Assembly (NCBI GenBank): GCA_003166335.1
Contig: PMWA01000094.1
Span: 1 to 22,962 of the forward strand
Reading direction: 5' to 3'
DNA length: 22,962 nt
Origin: Methanobacterium sp.
GTDB taxonomy: Archaea > Methanobacteriota > Methanobacteria > Methanobacteriales > Methanobacteriaceae
Shown: positions 9,851 through 20,041 of the stretch, in pieces
How the letters are laid out: each line of letters starts with the position of its first letter
Position numbering within the stretch: position 1 is the stretch's first letter
The notes under the pieces: generated by a model
The model's input: only the letters and a program-made list of their open reading frames with translations
Databases searched by the model: none
Told to the model about the DNA's origin: nothing
Program-made: the position numbers and the translations under genes

Positions 9851-10993
9851 TTACCTCTTCACTTCTTTAGCATCTTCATTTTTAAATTCAATAGATGATG
9901 GATTCCAAATCACATTAGGAACCCCACAACTATTCCCCACACCCACTAATAAAACCTTAGAACCCGGAGGAGATCTTAAAATAGCCTTCTCAACTAAAGG
10001 AATAGTTTTAACTGCAGCATCAAGTATTTCCTTTTTCAAAGGACTTATTGCTTCCTCAGGACTCATCTTAACAATCACTGCTTCAAACTGAAGATCCTCA
10101 TTAACCATTTTCTCTTCAATAATCCATTTATCCACTCCAGGACCACCAATTACCACACCAATACCCTCAGCAATGGAACCCGTTTTCTCTCCCTCCAACT
10201 TAGCCGCCGCATCAACTGTTATAATCCGCTTAACACCCTCATAATCTATTAAAGAGCTTATAGTTTTACCTATTTTACCAGTCCTACCACCAGGACCTTT
10301 AGCTCGGGCCATAATCAACTTCCTATCCTGAAAATTTCTTTTAACAATTACTATTCCATCCTGTTCTATGAGTTCTTCAGGATTATCCGAAGCCATCATC
10401 ATCCCCACCACTAGACAGCCTAAACCATCCCCAATAGGTTTACCCTGCGAAAAAGCTTCTATTCCTTCAAATTGAGCTTTTGCAATCCTCATTATAATAG
10501 GCATACTCGTTTGTAACATGAAAAGTATCTGCAAGTTACCAGTTTTTTTAACCAGGTCTAAGTTATGTCTTACTTCTTTAGTCACATTACTTATTCCAAG
10601 AATAGCTTTAAGGGTCATTATAATATTAGATTTCCATTCCTCATCTGCCTCAGGCGCCATTTCACCAGCCATAAATTTGAATCTTTCTTCACCCATATCT
10701 AAGATTTTATCAATCTTTGTTACAATACCATTAGGATCCAGATTAACTGGCGGAACTATAAAAAATTCCATGAAATCCTGAATACTTTCCTTAGGATCTT
10801 CAGGTGGATTTCCTTTATCCTTAGATAGCTCCACTAATATATCTTCGCTTTTATCAACCATTTCTTCCAATTCTAATGTTGCTTTATTAACACCAGATAA
10901 TATCCGGTTTCTTATAAAAATTGGAATCGCTACGATCAGTAGAATAACTATAAGTATGCCTATAATGTCGAAGGTGTTTAAGCCGAATACCAT
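9851..10993 (-). CDS. Conserved archaeal membrane-anchored protein (DUF1512-like)
   Basis: N-terminal TM helix and PVNLDPNG, PIGDGLG, ARAKGPGG, ITVDAAAKLEGE and GVGNSCGV motifs. Ends 6 nt before dcd, suggesting co-transcription. Confidence 0.85.
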   Translation of the reverse strand: MVFGLNTFDIIGILIVILLIVAIPIFIRNRILSGVNKATLELEEMVDKSEDILVELSKDKGNPPEDPKESIQDFMEFFIVPPVNLDPNGIVTKIDKILDMGEERFKFMAGEMAPEADEEWKSNIIMTLKAILGISNVTKEVRHNLDLVKKTGNLQILFMLQTSMPIIMRIAKAQFEGIEAFSQGKPIGDGLGCLVVGMMMASDNPEELIEQDGIVIVKRNFQDRKLIMARAKGPGGRTGKIGKTISSLIDYEGVKRIITVDAAAKLEGEKTGSIAEGIGVVIGGPGVDKWIIEEKMVNEDLQFEAVIVKMSPEEAISPLKKEILDAAVKTIPLVEKAILRSPPGSKVLLVGVGNSCGVPNVIWNPSSIEFKNEDAKEVKR

Positions 10994-11072
10994 TAAAAAT
11001 CCACCGCTATTGTTTCTTGTTTAATAAATCGTATAATCTAATTTTTTACTTATTAATCATTAAAAATTTAAA

Positions 11073-11366
11073 TTATTTATAACTAATTCTTAACAATGTA
11101 GCCAAAGCTACTAATTGACTAATGTTAATAAGCAGTAACGGAAGATCAATGGGATTTGCCATGGGAGGACCGGGTGGTGGTGATGGAGGACCTAAAAATC
11201 CCAGGGAAAGGATATTTTGAATCAATAAAAATATTCCAAACACTAAAAGACCAATAGTATATTGTGATTTCCATTTACGATAATTCTGCCAGTATATGGA
11301 AAGTAAAACTAATATTATACAAACGTTAGCAAAAGCCACTCCAAAACCTATGTCACTATACAACAA
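11073..11366 (-). CDS. Small 3-TM membrane protein with a polyproline loop
   Basis: Hydrophobic helices with IYWQNY..KSQYTIGLLVF...LIQN and a GPPSPPPGPP loop. TTG start with AGGAGGT RBS; 27 nt downstream of the regulator. Confidence 0.8.
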   Translation of the reverse strand: MLYSDIGFGVAFANVCIILVLLSIYWQNYRKWKSQYTIGLLVFGIFLLIQNILSLGFLGPPSPPPGPPMANPIDLPLLLINISQLVALATLLRISYK

Positions 11367-11393
11367 TTTCTTTAACCTCCTAAATAATAAATA

Positions 11394-11681
11394 TTAAATA
11401 TCTTTCTCTGATATTCTCCAAACTTCTTTAAATACATCAAAATCATCTTTCATCACGTTTGAAAGCATATAAACAGTACCGTACTGTCCATCTCCAGATG
11501 TTTTAACAATGTTATTTTTAATTAACACATCCATATGATGTCTTATAGTTTTATAATCTAAATTCAATTTTTTAGCAAGCTGATTAGCATTATACGGTCT
11601 AGAATTTAATTCATTAATAATTCTAGCACGATTAATACCGCCCCGGGTACCAGCTATCAACCACCAAATTATATCTTCCAT
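11394..11681 (-). CDS. ArsR-like winged-helix transcription regulator
   Basis: WWLIAGTRGG.NRARII...RPYNANQLA..L.LDYKTIRHHMDVL..N.IV...YG is an archaeal wHTH pattern. Alternative start at 11693. Confidence 0.9.
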   Translation of the reverse strand: MEDIIWWLIAGTRGGINRARIINELNSRPYNANQLAKKLNLDYKTIRHHMDVLIKNNIVKTSGDGQYGTVYMLSNVMKDDFDVFKEVWRISEKDI

Positions 11682-12158
11682 TTTTAATACCATTTAAAGT
11701 AAAGCAGTTACATGAATAAATAAAACGAGTTTATGAATTAAAAAAAACCTATTATTTCATTATATTCTTTAATAAAAGCTTTAAATTTTTCCTATTTATC
11801 GCTTTCCATAATCAGAATTTCAACTGCCTTAATAATATTCTTTTTAATTTTTCAGATATTTAAAATATAAGAATAATAGAAATATATTTAACGAACGTTA
11901 AAATAAATGAATAAATTCGCTAATATTTTTTCCACTTTCATCTACACTTGTAATATTTGAAAATGTTATGCTAATTCTTCACAATTATCCTCAAATTGTT
12001 AAGTTTGCAAAAGAACTACACTTAAAATCCTTATCAGATTTAATTAATCACTCTTTTTTTATGCTCGTCCCTGGGACGTATGTTTTCATTACAATATGTT
12101 AAATGTAAAAAAATATAATACTATTTTACTTGAATTAACATAAAAAGAGGGTTAAAGT

Positions 12159-12854
12159 TTACAAAATCCTATCTCTTATTCTTCTTAAAGTTCCTTTTAG
12201 AGTATGTGCTTCTCTAGCCGATATAAAGGATCTGCCTAAAAGTCTGCGAAATACTATAGAAGCATTTTTACTTTTATGATTGGGATAATCCAATTTATTT
12301 ATGATTTCATCCATAGTGGAGATTAAACTTTCCTTTTCCTTTAATGAAGCCTCTGCTAAATCTTCCACTGGATATTTTTTTTCTTTTTTAAATAATTCAT
12401 AAAATATTATTGATGCTGCATGGCTTACATTCATTATAGGATATGATTCATGAGTGGGAATGGAAACAATTAAGTCACATAATGCTATTTCACGGTTATA
12501 TAGTCCATTACCCTCCCTTCCAAATATTAATGCCAATTTACCATTTATATTTATAGAATCCGCTAATTGTTCCGGTGTAACTGCAATTCTCTGGATATTA
12601 TAACTTCCACCAGCAACACCGGTAGTTCCCACCATGAAGTCTATCCCCTCTTCACATGCAAACTCTTCCAGGGAATTATAGGTTTCACATTCATTTATAA
12701 CATCCTTAGCATGCATAGCATAATAATAAGTTTCATTTTCAATCTTACCTGGATTTATAAGCACCAGATTTGAAAATCCGAAGTTTTTCATAGTCCTGGC
12801 AAGGAAGCCAATATTTCCGGGGGATTCAGGTTCCACAAAAACAATGTAGATCAT
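12159..12854 (-). CDS. trmJ: SPOUT tRNA 2'-O-methyltransferase (TrmJ/LasT family)
   Basis: VEPESPGNIGFLARTMKNFG, AMHA, FGREGNGL and YPIMNVSHA motifs. Alternative TTG start at 12866. Confidence 0.9.
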   Translation of the reverse strand: MIYIVFVEPESPGNIGFLARTMKNFGFSNLVLINPGKIENETYYYAMHAKDVINECETYNSLEEFACEEGIDFMVGTTGVAGGSYNIQRIAVTPEQLADSININGKLALIFGREGNGLYNREIALCDLIVSIPTHESYPIMNVSHAASIIFYELFKKEKKYPVEDLAEASLKEKESLISTMDEIINKLDYPNHKSKNASIVFRRLLGRSFISAREAHTLKGTLRRIRDRIL

Positions 12855-12923
12855 TTTTTTTCTCAATTTAAAATTTCTACAAATAAAATCTTTATAAAAT
12901 TAAAAAAAATTGATTTTGGGATC

Positions 12924-14414
12924 TTATTTGGGTTGATAAGATAATTGTAGTAATTTAAGTATGTTTAAAACGTCAATCTCCAATCCTTCTTTCTTGAGAG
13001 AATCTCGAATATGATACTCGCAGAAAGGGCATATAGTGATTACGGCATCCACATCCAGGTCCATAATCATATCCACTTTTCTTTTACCAATTTTAGCTGC
13101 TAAATCTGGTTTACCAGATCTTACACCTCCACCAGAACCGCAACATCGATCTGGTTCTTCCATCTCCACAAATTCCAATCCTTTAATCTTATTTAGAATT
13201 TCTCGAGGCTCTTTCCGGATTCCCTGGCCTCTAGACAGGTGGCAAGGATCATGATAAGTTACCTTCAAGTTTACCGGTTTCATATTCTTCATGTTTAACT
13301 TATCAGCCAGGAATTCGCTGATTTCTACCACGTTAAGATTCACACCATACTTAGGATAATCATTTTTCAAAGTAGCACCACATCCAGCACAAACAGTGAT
13401 TATGACATCATAATCCTTGAAAACCTCTGCATTTTTCTTTACTATATCTTCTACAATCTCTGTCTGCCCCGTTCTAATCATAGGTGAACCACAACAAACT
13501 TGATCTGTAGGTACTATTACATCAATTCCCTGATTCTTCAACACATCGAGAAGAGCGAACCCCACGTCAGGCAACCGGTAATCTATCATACAACCTGTGA
13601 AAAAGGCGATTTTAGGTTTTATATCTGCAGATTTCAATGTTTCCTGGGAAATAACTTTTATAAAACCTTCTCCTAATGGTTCCACTGATCTGCCCGTTTT
13701 TTCTATGAGTTCTTTAACTGCTTTATGAGGTGGTAGTGGACCTATTCCTTCCCTACATGATAATTCCCTTAATTTTTCAATAGCACCTCCAAAGGTGTTA
13801 ATCTCTTTAGGGCAGACTTCCACACATTTAGAACAGGAAGTACAGCAGTATAAACCCTCATCAAAACTACTCTGGACGCGGTCGCCACAGTCTCGAGGAT
13901 CCAGTGCAAATTTACCAAAGTAACGCATGAAATATGGGCCAGCGAATTCAGTGGTTTCCTTTAAAGCAGGACATACCGATAAACAGGATAAACATTCAAT
14001 ACAACTTCTAAGCTTTTTTGAATTTTCATATTCTTCCGGTTTTAGATTTGCCGGACATTGGTATGTATCACATTCATCAATGAATAATTCAAGTTCTTTT
14101 ACCCGTCCATCCATTATAGTACGGTCTACTACCAAATCCTTCATTACATCAAAATCTAAAGGTTCTATAATATCTCCATCCATTATTTCCGCTTTGCAAG
14201 CTAGCACAGTTTGACCATTCACTTTAACTGCACAAGATCCGCACTGCCCAGCTCTGCAAGAGCAACGATAAGATATTTTTGCATCATAATTTTCGTTAAT
14301 ATAATTTAAGGCATCTAAAACCTTCATTTTCTCCTTTTTATCTACTTTAAATGTTTCTAAGCGTGATTCATCATCTTTGTGGGGATGATACCTAAAAACT
14401 TTAACCTTTATCAT
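12924..14414 (-). CDS. tfrB: Thiol (CoM/CoB):fumarate reductase iron-sulfur subunit B
   Basis: FrdB-like [2Fe-2S] motif SCRAGQCGSC..C, two [4Fe-4S] motifs (CIECLSCLSVCP, CTSCSKCVEVCP), fused to two HdrD-like CCG domains (CCGSP, HDPCHL..CCGSGGG). Confidence 0.93.
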   Translation of the reverse strand: MIKVKVFRYHPHKDDESRLETFKVDKKEKMKVLDALNYINENYDAKISYRCSCRAGQCGSCAVKVNGQTVLACKAEIMDGDIIEPLDFDVMKDLVVDRTIMDGRVKELELFIDECDTYQCPANLKPEEYENSKKLRSCIECLSCLSVCPALKETTEFAGPYFMRYFGKFALDPRDCGDRVQSSFDEGLYCCTSCSKCVEVCPKEINTFGGAIEKLRELSCREGIGPLPPHKAVKELIEKTGRSVEPLGEGFIKVISQETLKSADIKPKIAFFTGCMIDYRLPDVGFALLDVLKNQGIDVIVPTDQVCCGSPMIRTGQTEIVEDIVKKNAEVFKDYDVIITVCAGCGATLKNDYPKYGVNLNVVEISEFLADKLNMKNMKPVNLKVTYHDPCHLSRGQGIRKEPREILNKIKGLEFVEMEEPDRCCGSGGGVRSGKPDLAAKIGKRKVDMIMDLDVDAVITICPFCEYHIRDSLKKEGLEIDVLNILKLLQLSYQPK

Positions 14415-14631
14415 ATATGTACTCCTTATTATTATCTTTAAAAAAGTTTTATTAAATAAATTAAATTATAAATAATTAAATAAAAATTTAAAATATAGTA
14501 TAAACTTAAATGATTATTATATTCAATATTATATGATCTAATATTTAATCTTTAACCTAAAATAATATTTTTACAATTTACTCAGCTTTATTTCTTAAAG
14601 GAATTATTTAATTAAGTTAAAAGTGATTTTA

Positions 14632-15375
14632 ATGTCTAATTTTAAATTTTCAAGAAAATTAAAGGATTACCTGAAGAAAATTGAATTAAAAACGGGGCGA
14701 GAGATAAAATTCTTTAAGAGCCCTGATTTGGGAATAAAAGGAATAACTGCAGCATATAATTATCATCCCCACTATATTCAAATAACACTCAATATGGAAA
14801 ATCCAAGATCTATAGAAGATAGAGAGAGATCTGTAGCTCATGAAGCCACTCATGGCTATATTATACATAAATTAAAGTTTTGTAGACCAATTTTCCTTGA
14901 AAATGTGGATGATAATTATAAAAGAGATGTACATCTCATCTTCACTATGATAGAGGACATTATAGTGAATAAAATCATACAAGATAATGGATTCTATCCT
15001 TTCGGCCATGAATACTTACCCATGGTTACCGAAGAGATAAAAATTGCTCACAAAGGTGAAGAAGAAGGGGAAAAATTTTATCATAGATTTACCGACAATC
15101 CCCACCTAGAAGCTCTTCTCATGATCTCTCGTTACATAATCGCCTGGGGATTTTTAAGATACTATCATCTAGATACTCAAGAAGAAAAATTAATCCAAGA
15201 ATTCACTCAAACATTCCAAAAATTTTATATAGATTATTATAAATTTTGCGTTAAAATAAAGGAAATTATAGAAGAACACAATATTTTCACTGCTAATGGA
15301 GAATGCTCTGCAATACAATTAATCCTGCAGCTTTTTAAATTGGATGAAAGAGTAGAATTAACTCAATTAAATTAA
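14632..15375 (+). CDS. Putative zinc metallopeptidase (HExxH, gluzincin-like)
   Basis: SVAHEATHG followed by a helix carrying IED, a candidate third metal ligand. No signal peptide. The track start is GTG 14623. Confidence 0.75.
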   Translation: MSNFKFSRKLKDYLKKIELKTGREIKFFKSPDLGIKGITAAYNYHPHYIQITLNMENPRSIEDRERSVAHEATHGYIIHKLKFCRPIFLENVDDNYKRDVHLIFTMIEDIIVNKIIQDNGFYPFGHEYLPMVTEEIKIAHKGEEEGEKFYHRFTDNPHLEALLMISRYIIAWGFLRYYHLDTQEEKLIQEFTQTFQKFYIDYYKFCVKIKEIIEEHNIFTANGECSAIQLILQLFKLDERVELTQLN

Positions 15376-15423
15376 AAATTTCAAAAATAATTTTTTTCTA
15401 AACATTTTGAATAAACTAATAAC

Positions 15424-15987
15424 TCATATTCCAACAAGATCCTTTACTAATAGCCAATATATTAATAATTCATTCTCTTTTTTCTTGTAATCATTGAATC
15501 TGTTACTTATTATATTCCAAAATTTTTTATTATGCCTCATCTCCATTAAATGTGCTAATTCATGGACGACAATATATTCAATAAGTTGAATGGGCAAATA
15601 TTTCAAGTAGAGATTAAAGTTAATGTTTCCCTGGCAACTGCAGCTACCCCACCTGGACTTCATCCTCCGAAAACGGATTTGATTAACGGTAACATCCAAT
15701 TCCTGGGAGATTCTATCAATATATAATGATATTATACGTTTAAATTCTTCATCTGTTCTTTCTAAGTCTAAACTTCTATTAAGAGCTTCTTTTTGAGAGT
15801 TCTTTATCAAAGAAACTTTTTTGTATATCCAGTTCTCATGCTTCTTAAGAAGTTCTTGAGGATTATGATATCCTTTAGGTAATATCAGATATAAATAACC
15901 TGTTTTAACTTCTAATCTAGGATATTTTATATTACGATGGATTACATCATAATCCACCTCTAAATCATTAATTTTAAATTTTTTCAT
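15424..15987 (-). CDS. YgjP/DUF45 (M48-like) metal-dependent hydrolase
   Basis: MKSRWGSCS..GNINFN..L..LP...IEYIVVHELAHL.EM.H.KKFW motif. Confidence 0.92.
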   Translation of the reverse strand: MKKFKINDLEVDYDVIHRNIKYPRLEVKTGYLYLILPKGYHNPQELLKKHENWIYKKVSLIKNSQKEALNRSLDLERTDEEFKRIISLYIDRISQELDVTVNQIRFRRMKSRWGSCSCQGNINFNLYLKYLPIQLIEYIVVHELAHLMEMRHNKKFWNIISNRFNDYKKKENELLIYWLLVKDLVGI

Positions 15988-16270
15988 AATCACATTATTA
16001 TATTATAGAAATTTTGATTTAATTTCATTTATATGTAGATTTTCATAATTTTTTTATTTAATTTATTGGAGGGACACTAAAGGCCAACCAAAGAAAACAA
16101 ATTTAAATTATTACGATTTAAAGAAATTAATAAAATCTTGCATATGAAATTCGCGAAGCTAAAAATGAAAAAATAGGCTAAACAGATTAACTGGGAAAAA
16201 AGTGAAAAAATAGATTTTATGAAAAGTCTAAAAGATAGTAATCACCTTATTTATTACAGATTACTAATTT

Positions 16271-16774
16271 TTAATTGAATGTAGCAACTACGTGCTCTAA
16301 AACCCCGATATTCTCAACGTCGCCTGATACTATGGCACCTTCCCCATTTTTAACGAAAAAGCAGTATTTAATACTGAAAGTTCCATCACTTGGATTAGGA
16401 TTATTAATAAATGTGTATGCGGTTCCATTAATGGTTCCATTTTGAACAGTAGGTGGATTTGAATTGGAAATGGCCGAACCCATATCTACTTGGAAATCAT
16501 CCATATTATTTACACTTCCATTATTTCCATAAGGTATAACAGAAAACCATCCACTATTTTTATTTTCAGTACCGTTGTAAACATTAACCCCATCTTCAGA
16601 ATTATTTACAGTTTGCCACCCTGCAGGGTATTGAAATGACATATACTGATTAGTATAAGTATTATAACCTGTTTGAGAATTATTTCCATTATTAGAAGAT
16701 ACAAAAATTCCTATAATGAAAAAAAACGCAATGATGCAAATGATTCCAATTATAATTTTGCCTAATTTTTCCAT
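16271..16774 (-). CDS. Membrane-anchored surface protein, PsbP-like domain
   Basis: N-terminal TM helix, Asn-rich linker, Y.N..MSFQYPAGW, TINGT.Y and terminal VVATFN pattern. Confidence 0.7.
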   Translation of the reverse strand: MEKLGKIIIGIICIIAFFFIIGIFVSSNNGNNSQTGYNTYTNQYMSFQYPAGWQTVNNSEDGVNVYNGTENKNSGWFSVIPYGNNGSVNNMDDFQVDMGSAISNSNPPTVQNGTINGTAYTFINNPNPSDGTFSIKYCFFVKNGEGAIVSGDVENIGVLEHVVATFN

Positions 16775-17005
16775 ATAAGATATAAATTTTTAATAACTAT
16801 TTAATCTTTTCTAAATTAAGGAGAAAGGTTAATGGAGGTTGATTTTTGTCCATGTTTTTTGTCCATGCTTCCATTCTTCGATTTAGATAATCTAATATTC
16901 CGTTGTTGGTTTTGTATATGGGTTTTACTATTCAAACCAAATTTTTTTTTAAAAAAAGATGAAAAAAAGTCGTAAAGAAATACCCCCACGGCTTAAAGTT
17001 TTAGT

Positions 17006-17725
17006 TTAAAGTCCAAAAAGCTTGTTCGCGCCTTCTTCTGCTATCAACTGATTAAATAGACCTGAAGGAATGACTACAATATTTCCTTGAGCATTCTGTG
17101 ATATGACGGCACTAATTAACGCTGGAAGTTTTGAACTGTTTGATGCATTCACAATTGCATCGAATAATGTCGTAACAGCAGCACCTCTGGTCATGTTATC
17201 TGAAGTCTGCAACATTCTCACGTAAGTAAGAGAACTACTACCTATCGATGTACCATTCACATATATTGGTCCAACTGCATTATCTATAGCATCTACTGCT
17301 TCTGGTTTAATAATCACTACCCCATCAGTTTGTATACCAGTATTAGACTGAACAATCTGCTGAGCATATTGAGAATCTTGAGTAAGATTACTCCAATAAA
17401 AAGAGTCTACTAACAAAAGATGTGTTTCAAAAGCAGCAACATCCGGAGGAGCACTGATATTGGTACTCGGCGCCATGTTGCCAGGATAAATAGGTGTAAT
17501 ATTCTCCACTTTACCATTAGTGAAGTTAGCAACAAAAGCCATGTCCACAGCTCCTGGACCACCACCACCCTGGGGTTCGGTATCATCAATAAGTATAAAC
17601 AATAATTGATGATTTTCCCAAGTACCACTTTTAACTGCAGATTCATAATTAAATAATGCATAAGCTGCAACTGAACCTATAACTATGATAGGAATTAATA
17701 TAAATGCAAGAGTTCTATTCATCAT
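17006..17725 (-). CDS. Membrane-anchored DUF4012/LCP-like protein
   Basis: N-terminal TM helix and GAVDMAFV, IVQSNTGIQTDGVVII.PEAVDAI..AVGPIYV and LTYVR...RG.AV motifs. The track start is GTG 17734. Confidence 0.7.
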   Translation of the reverse strand: MMNRTLAFILIPIIVIGSVAAYALFNYESAVKSGTWENHQLLFILIDDTEPQGGGGPGAVDMAFVANFTNGKVENITPIYPGNMAPSTNISAPPDVAAFETHLLLVDSFYWSNLTQDSQYAQQIVQSNTGIQTDGVVIIKPEAVDAIDNAVGPIYVNGTSIGSSSLTYVRMLQTSDNMTRGAAVTTLFDAIVNASNSSKLPALISAVISQNAQGNIVVIPSGLFNQLIAEEGANKLFGL

Positions 17726-18121
17726 ATTATTCACTTCCTGTTCTATATTTATTTAATAAAGAAAATTTCTTATTTTAACATATCTAAGGCTTTAAAAAAG
17801 TGAAAAGAATAAGTCCCTTAAAAAATTATAAATTCCCTAAATATGATCTATAAAACATCAATAAATTCGAAATTATATATAAATTATCTTTTGATAAATT
17901 ATCATTAATAAACTTTACCCTACTCAGGCCCCAATCCAATTTTAATTAAGAATATAACTCAGATTCATTAAAAAGGTATATTATTAATACTTAGCGAATT
18001 ATTTAAATTTACTTAAAAAAATTATAAAACTATCTCCCAAAAACAGTTGTATACTCCAAATTAACATTAAATGAATTATAATAAGATAATAAAAGAAATT
18101 TTCTATAGGTTGGATAATATT

Positions 18122-19984
18122 ATGAATATAAAAGACGTTTTAACAGCCCCTAAAAATGAAGTACTATTTTTATTAGGTAATGAAGCTGCTGTTAGAGGTG
18201 CATTAGAAGCAGGGGTTTCAGTAACCTCCACATACCCCGGCACACCATCCTCAGAAATCGGGGATGTATTCTCAAAAGTTGCCAAGGATGCTGATATTTA
18301 CTTTGAATTCTCCACCAATGAAAAAGTAGCTCTGGAAGTAGCAGCAGCAGCAGCAGTTTCAGGTTTAAGATCATTCACTTTCATGAAACATGTGGGTTTA
18401 AACGTGGCTTCAGACTCCCTTATGACCACAGCTTACTCAGGAGTAAACGGTGGAATGGTAGTGCTATCAGCAGATGATCCCTCCATGTTCTCCTCTCAAA
18501 ATGAGCAGGATAATCGGCATTATGCCCAATTAGCTAGTATACCCCTCTTAGAACCTTCAAATCCTCAAGAAATAAAAGATATTATGAATTATTGCTATCA
18601 ACTATCAGAGGAATTTCAAATACCTGTTTTAATCCGCACCACTACCAGAGTGTCCCATATGCGTGGAGTAGTGAAGCTAGACTCCATTTTCAAGAGCAAA
18701 AACATAGGATTTTTCTATAAGGATCCTGAACGCTTTGTACCTGTACCTGAAGCTGCGCGGAAAATGCATAAAAAATTAATGGAAAAAATGAACAAATTAC
18801 AGGAACGAGCAAATGAATCCACATTAAATCAAATATTCCATAAAAACGGCAGTTTAGGTGTTATAACTAGTGGGGGTGCTTTTAACTATGTTATGGATGT
18901 GGTGGAGGAGAATAATTTACCCGTTAATGTGCTTAAATTAACTTTTACCCATCCTTTCCCAGAAGAAACTGTATTAGAATTTATAAATGACGTAGAAGAG
19001 ATATTGGTGGTAGAAGAAGTTGATCCTGTAATGGAGAATGCTGTGTTGGCAGTTTTAGGTAAACAAGGAGTTAAAAAGGGAATTCATGGAAAATTAGATG
19101 GTTCATTACCATTAATATATGAATACAATCCAGGAATCGTTTTGAATGGTATTAAGAAAGTTTTGAACATTAAAACAATTGAAAAAGAGATTCAAGAGAC
19201 AAGTATACCTTTGCCTGAGAGACCGCCTACTTTATGTCCCGGATGTCCCCACAGGGCAATTTATTATTCAGTTAAAAAAGTTATATCAGATTTGGACTTA
19301 GAAAATGTTATTTTCCCTACGGATATTGGCTGTTACACACTTGGAATTGAATCACCTTATAAAGCAGGTGATTATCTACTTTCCATGGGTTCCTCTATAG
19401 GAACTAGCTGTGGATTCTCCAAGGCTACACGGCAGTGTATTGTAAGTTTTATAGGAGATTCTACCTTTTTCCATGCAGGTATTCCTCCCCTTATAAATGC
19501 AGTGCATAATAAAGATCGTTTCGTCCTAATTATACTGGATAATCGAACCACGGCAATGACTGGCGGCCAACCACACCCCGGTCTTCCTGTAGATGGAATG
19601 GGTGAAGAAGCTCCAGAGATTTCCATTGAGAAGATAGTGGAGGCAATGGGTATAAAATTTTTAAGAAACATTAATCCTTTGAATTTAAAGCAATCTCAAC
19701 TAATATTAAGAGAAGCACTCGAGTATCATGGAGTAGCAGTGATTATATCCAAATATCCCTGCATGCTTATAAAAAGTAAAGTAAAAAAGAATAATTTTGT
19801 AGTTGAGGTTAAAGATGATTGTATTAACTGCGCCACTTGCATAAAAGATCTTAGTTGTCCAGCAATTTACGCTGAAAATGATACAATCCGGATAGATCCT
19901 AAACTTTGCCGTGGATGCAGTGTTTGCATTCAATTATGTCCAGAGAAAGCTATTAAAGTTAAAAAAAGGAATATAAATTATTAA
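18122..19984 (+). CDS. iorA: Indolepyruvate:ferredoxin oxidoreductase alpha subunit
   Basis: LLGNEA, YPGTPSSEI, NEKVALE, MKHVGLNVASD, SSQNEQDNR, RPPTLCPGCPHR, TPP-binding GDSTFFH..DN.TTAMTGGQ and a C-terminal ferredoxin domain. The track start is 18071. Confidence 0.97.
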   Translation: MNIKDVLTAPKNEVLFLLGNEAAVRGALEAGVSVTSTYPGTPSSEIGDVFSKVAKDADIYFEFSTNEKVALEVAAAAAVSGLRSFTFMKHVGLNVASDSLMTTAYSGVNGGMVVLSADDPSMFSSQNEQDNRHYAQLASIPLLEPSNPQEIKDIMNYCYQLSEEFQIPVLIRTTTRVSHMRGVVKLDSIFKSKNIGFFYKDPERFVPVPEAARKMHKKLMEKMNKLQERANESTLNQIFHKNGSLGVITSGGAFNYVMDVVEENNLPVNVLKLTFTHPFPEETVLEFINDVEEILVVEEVDPVMENAVLAVLGKQGVKKGIHGKLDGSLPLIYEYNPGIVLNGIKKVLNIKTIEKEIQETSIPLPERPPTLCPGCPHRAIYYSVKKVISDLDLENVIFPTDIGCYTLGIESPYKAGDYLLSMGSSIGTSCGFSKATRQCIVSFIGDSTFFHAGIPPLINAVHNKDRFVLIILDNRTTAMTGGQPHPGLPVDGMGEEAPEISIEKIVEAMGIKFLRNINPLNLKQSQLILREALEYHGVAVIISKYPCMLIKSKVKKNNFVVEVKDDCINCATCIKDLSCPAIYAENDTIRIDPKLCRGCSVCIQLCPEKAIKVKKRNINY

Positions 19985-20041
19985 TTTATGTAGTAATTTA
20001 ACTCCAATTAGTCTAATCCTTTTTTAAGGGAGAAATTAATA

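Noticed and set aside
12924..14414. tfrB without an adjacent tfrA
   Set aside because: As I recall, tfrA and tfrB are commonly unlinked in methanogens, so this is not unusual.
16068..16270. Coding-like fragments (LAYEIREAKNEK, KQINWEKSEK) after GGAGG
   Set aside because: Possibly another remnant, but no family is recognisable and no frame is long enough to support a call.
16832..16975. 47-aa plus-strand ORF with an AAGGAG-like RBS and a TTTTTGTCCATG direct repeat
   Set aside because: Built from T and A runs, implausible composition, and opposite to both neighbours. Probably chance.
17884..17904. Overlapping palindromes including TGATAA-A-TTATCA (Fur-box-like) in the iorA divergent region
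   Set aside because: Short AT-rich palindromes are expected by chance here, and the spacing differs from the 7-1-7 Fur box.
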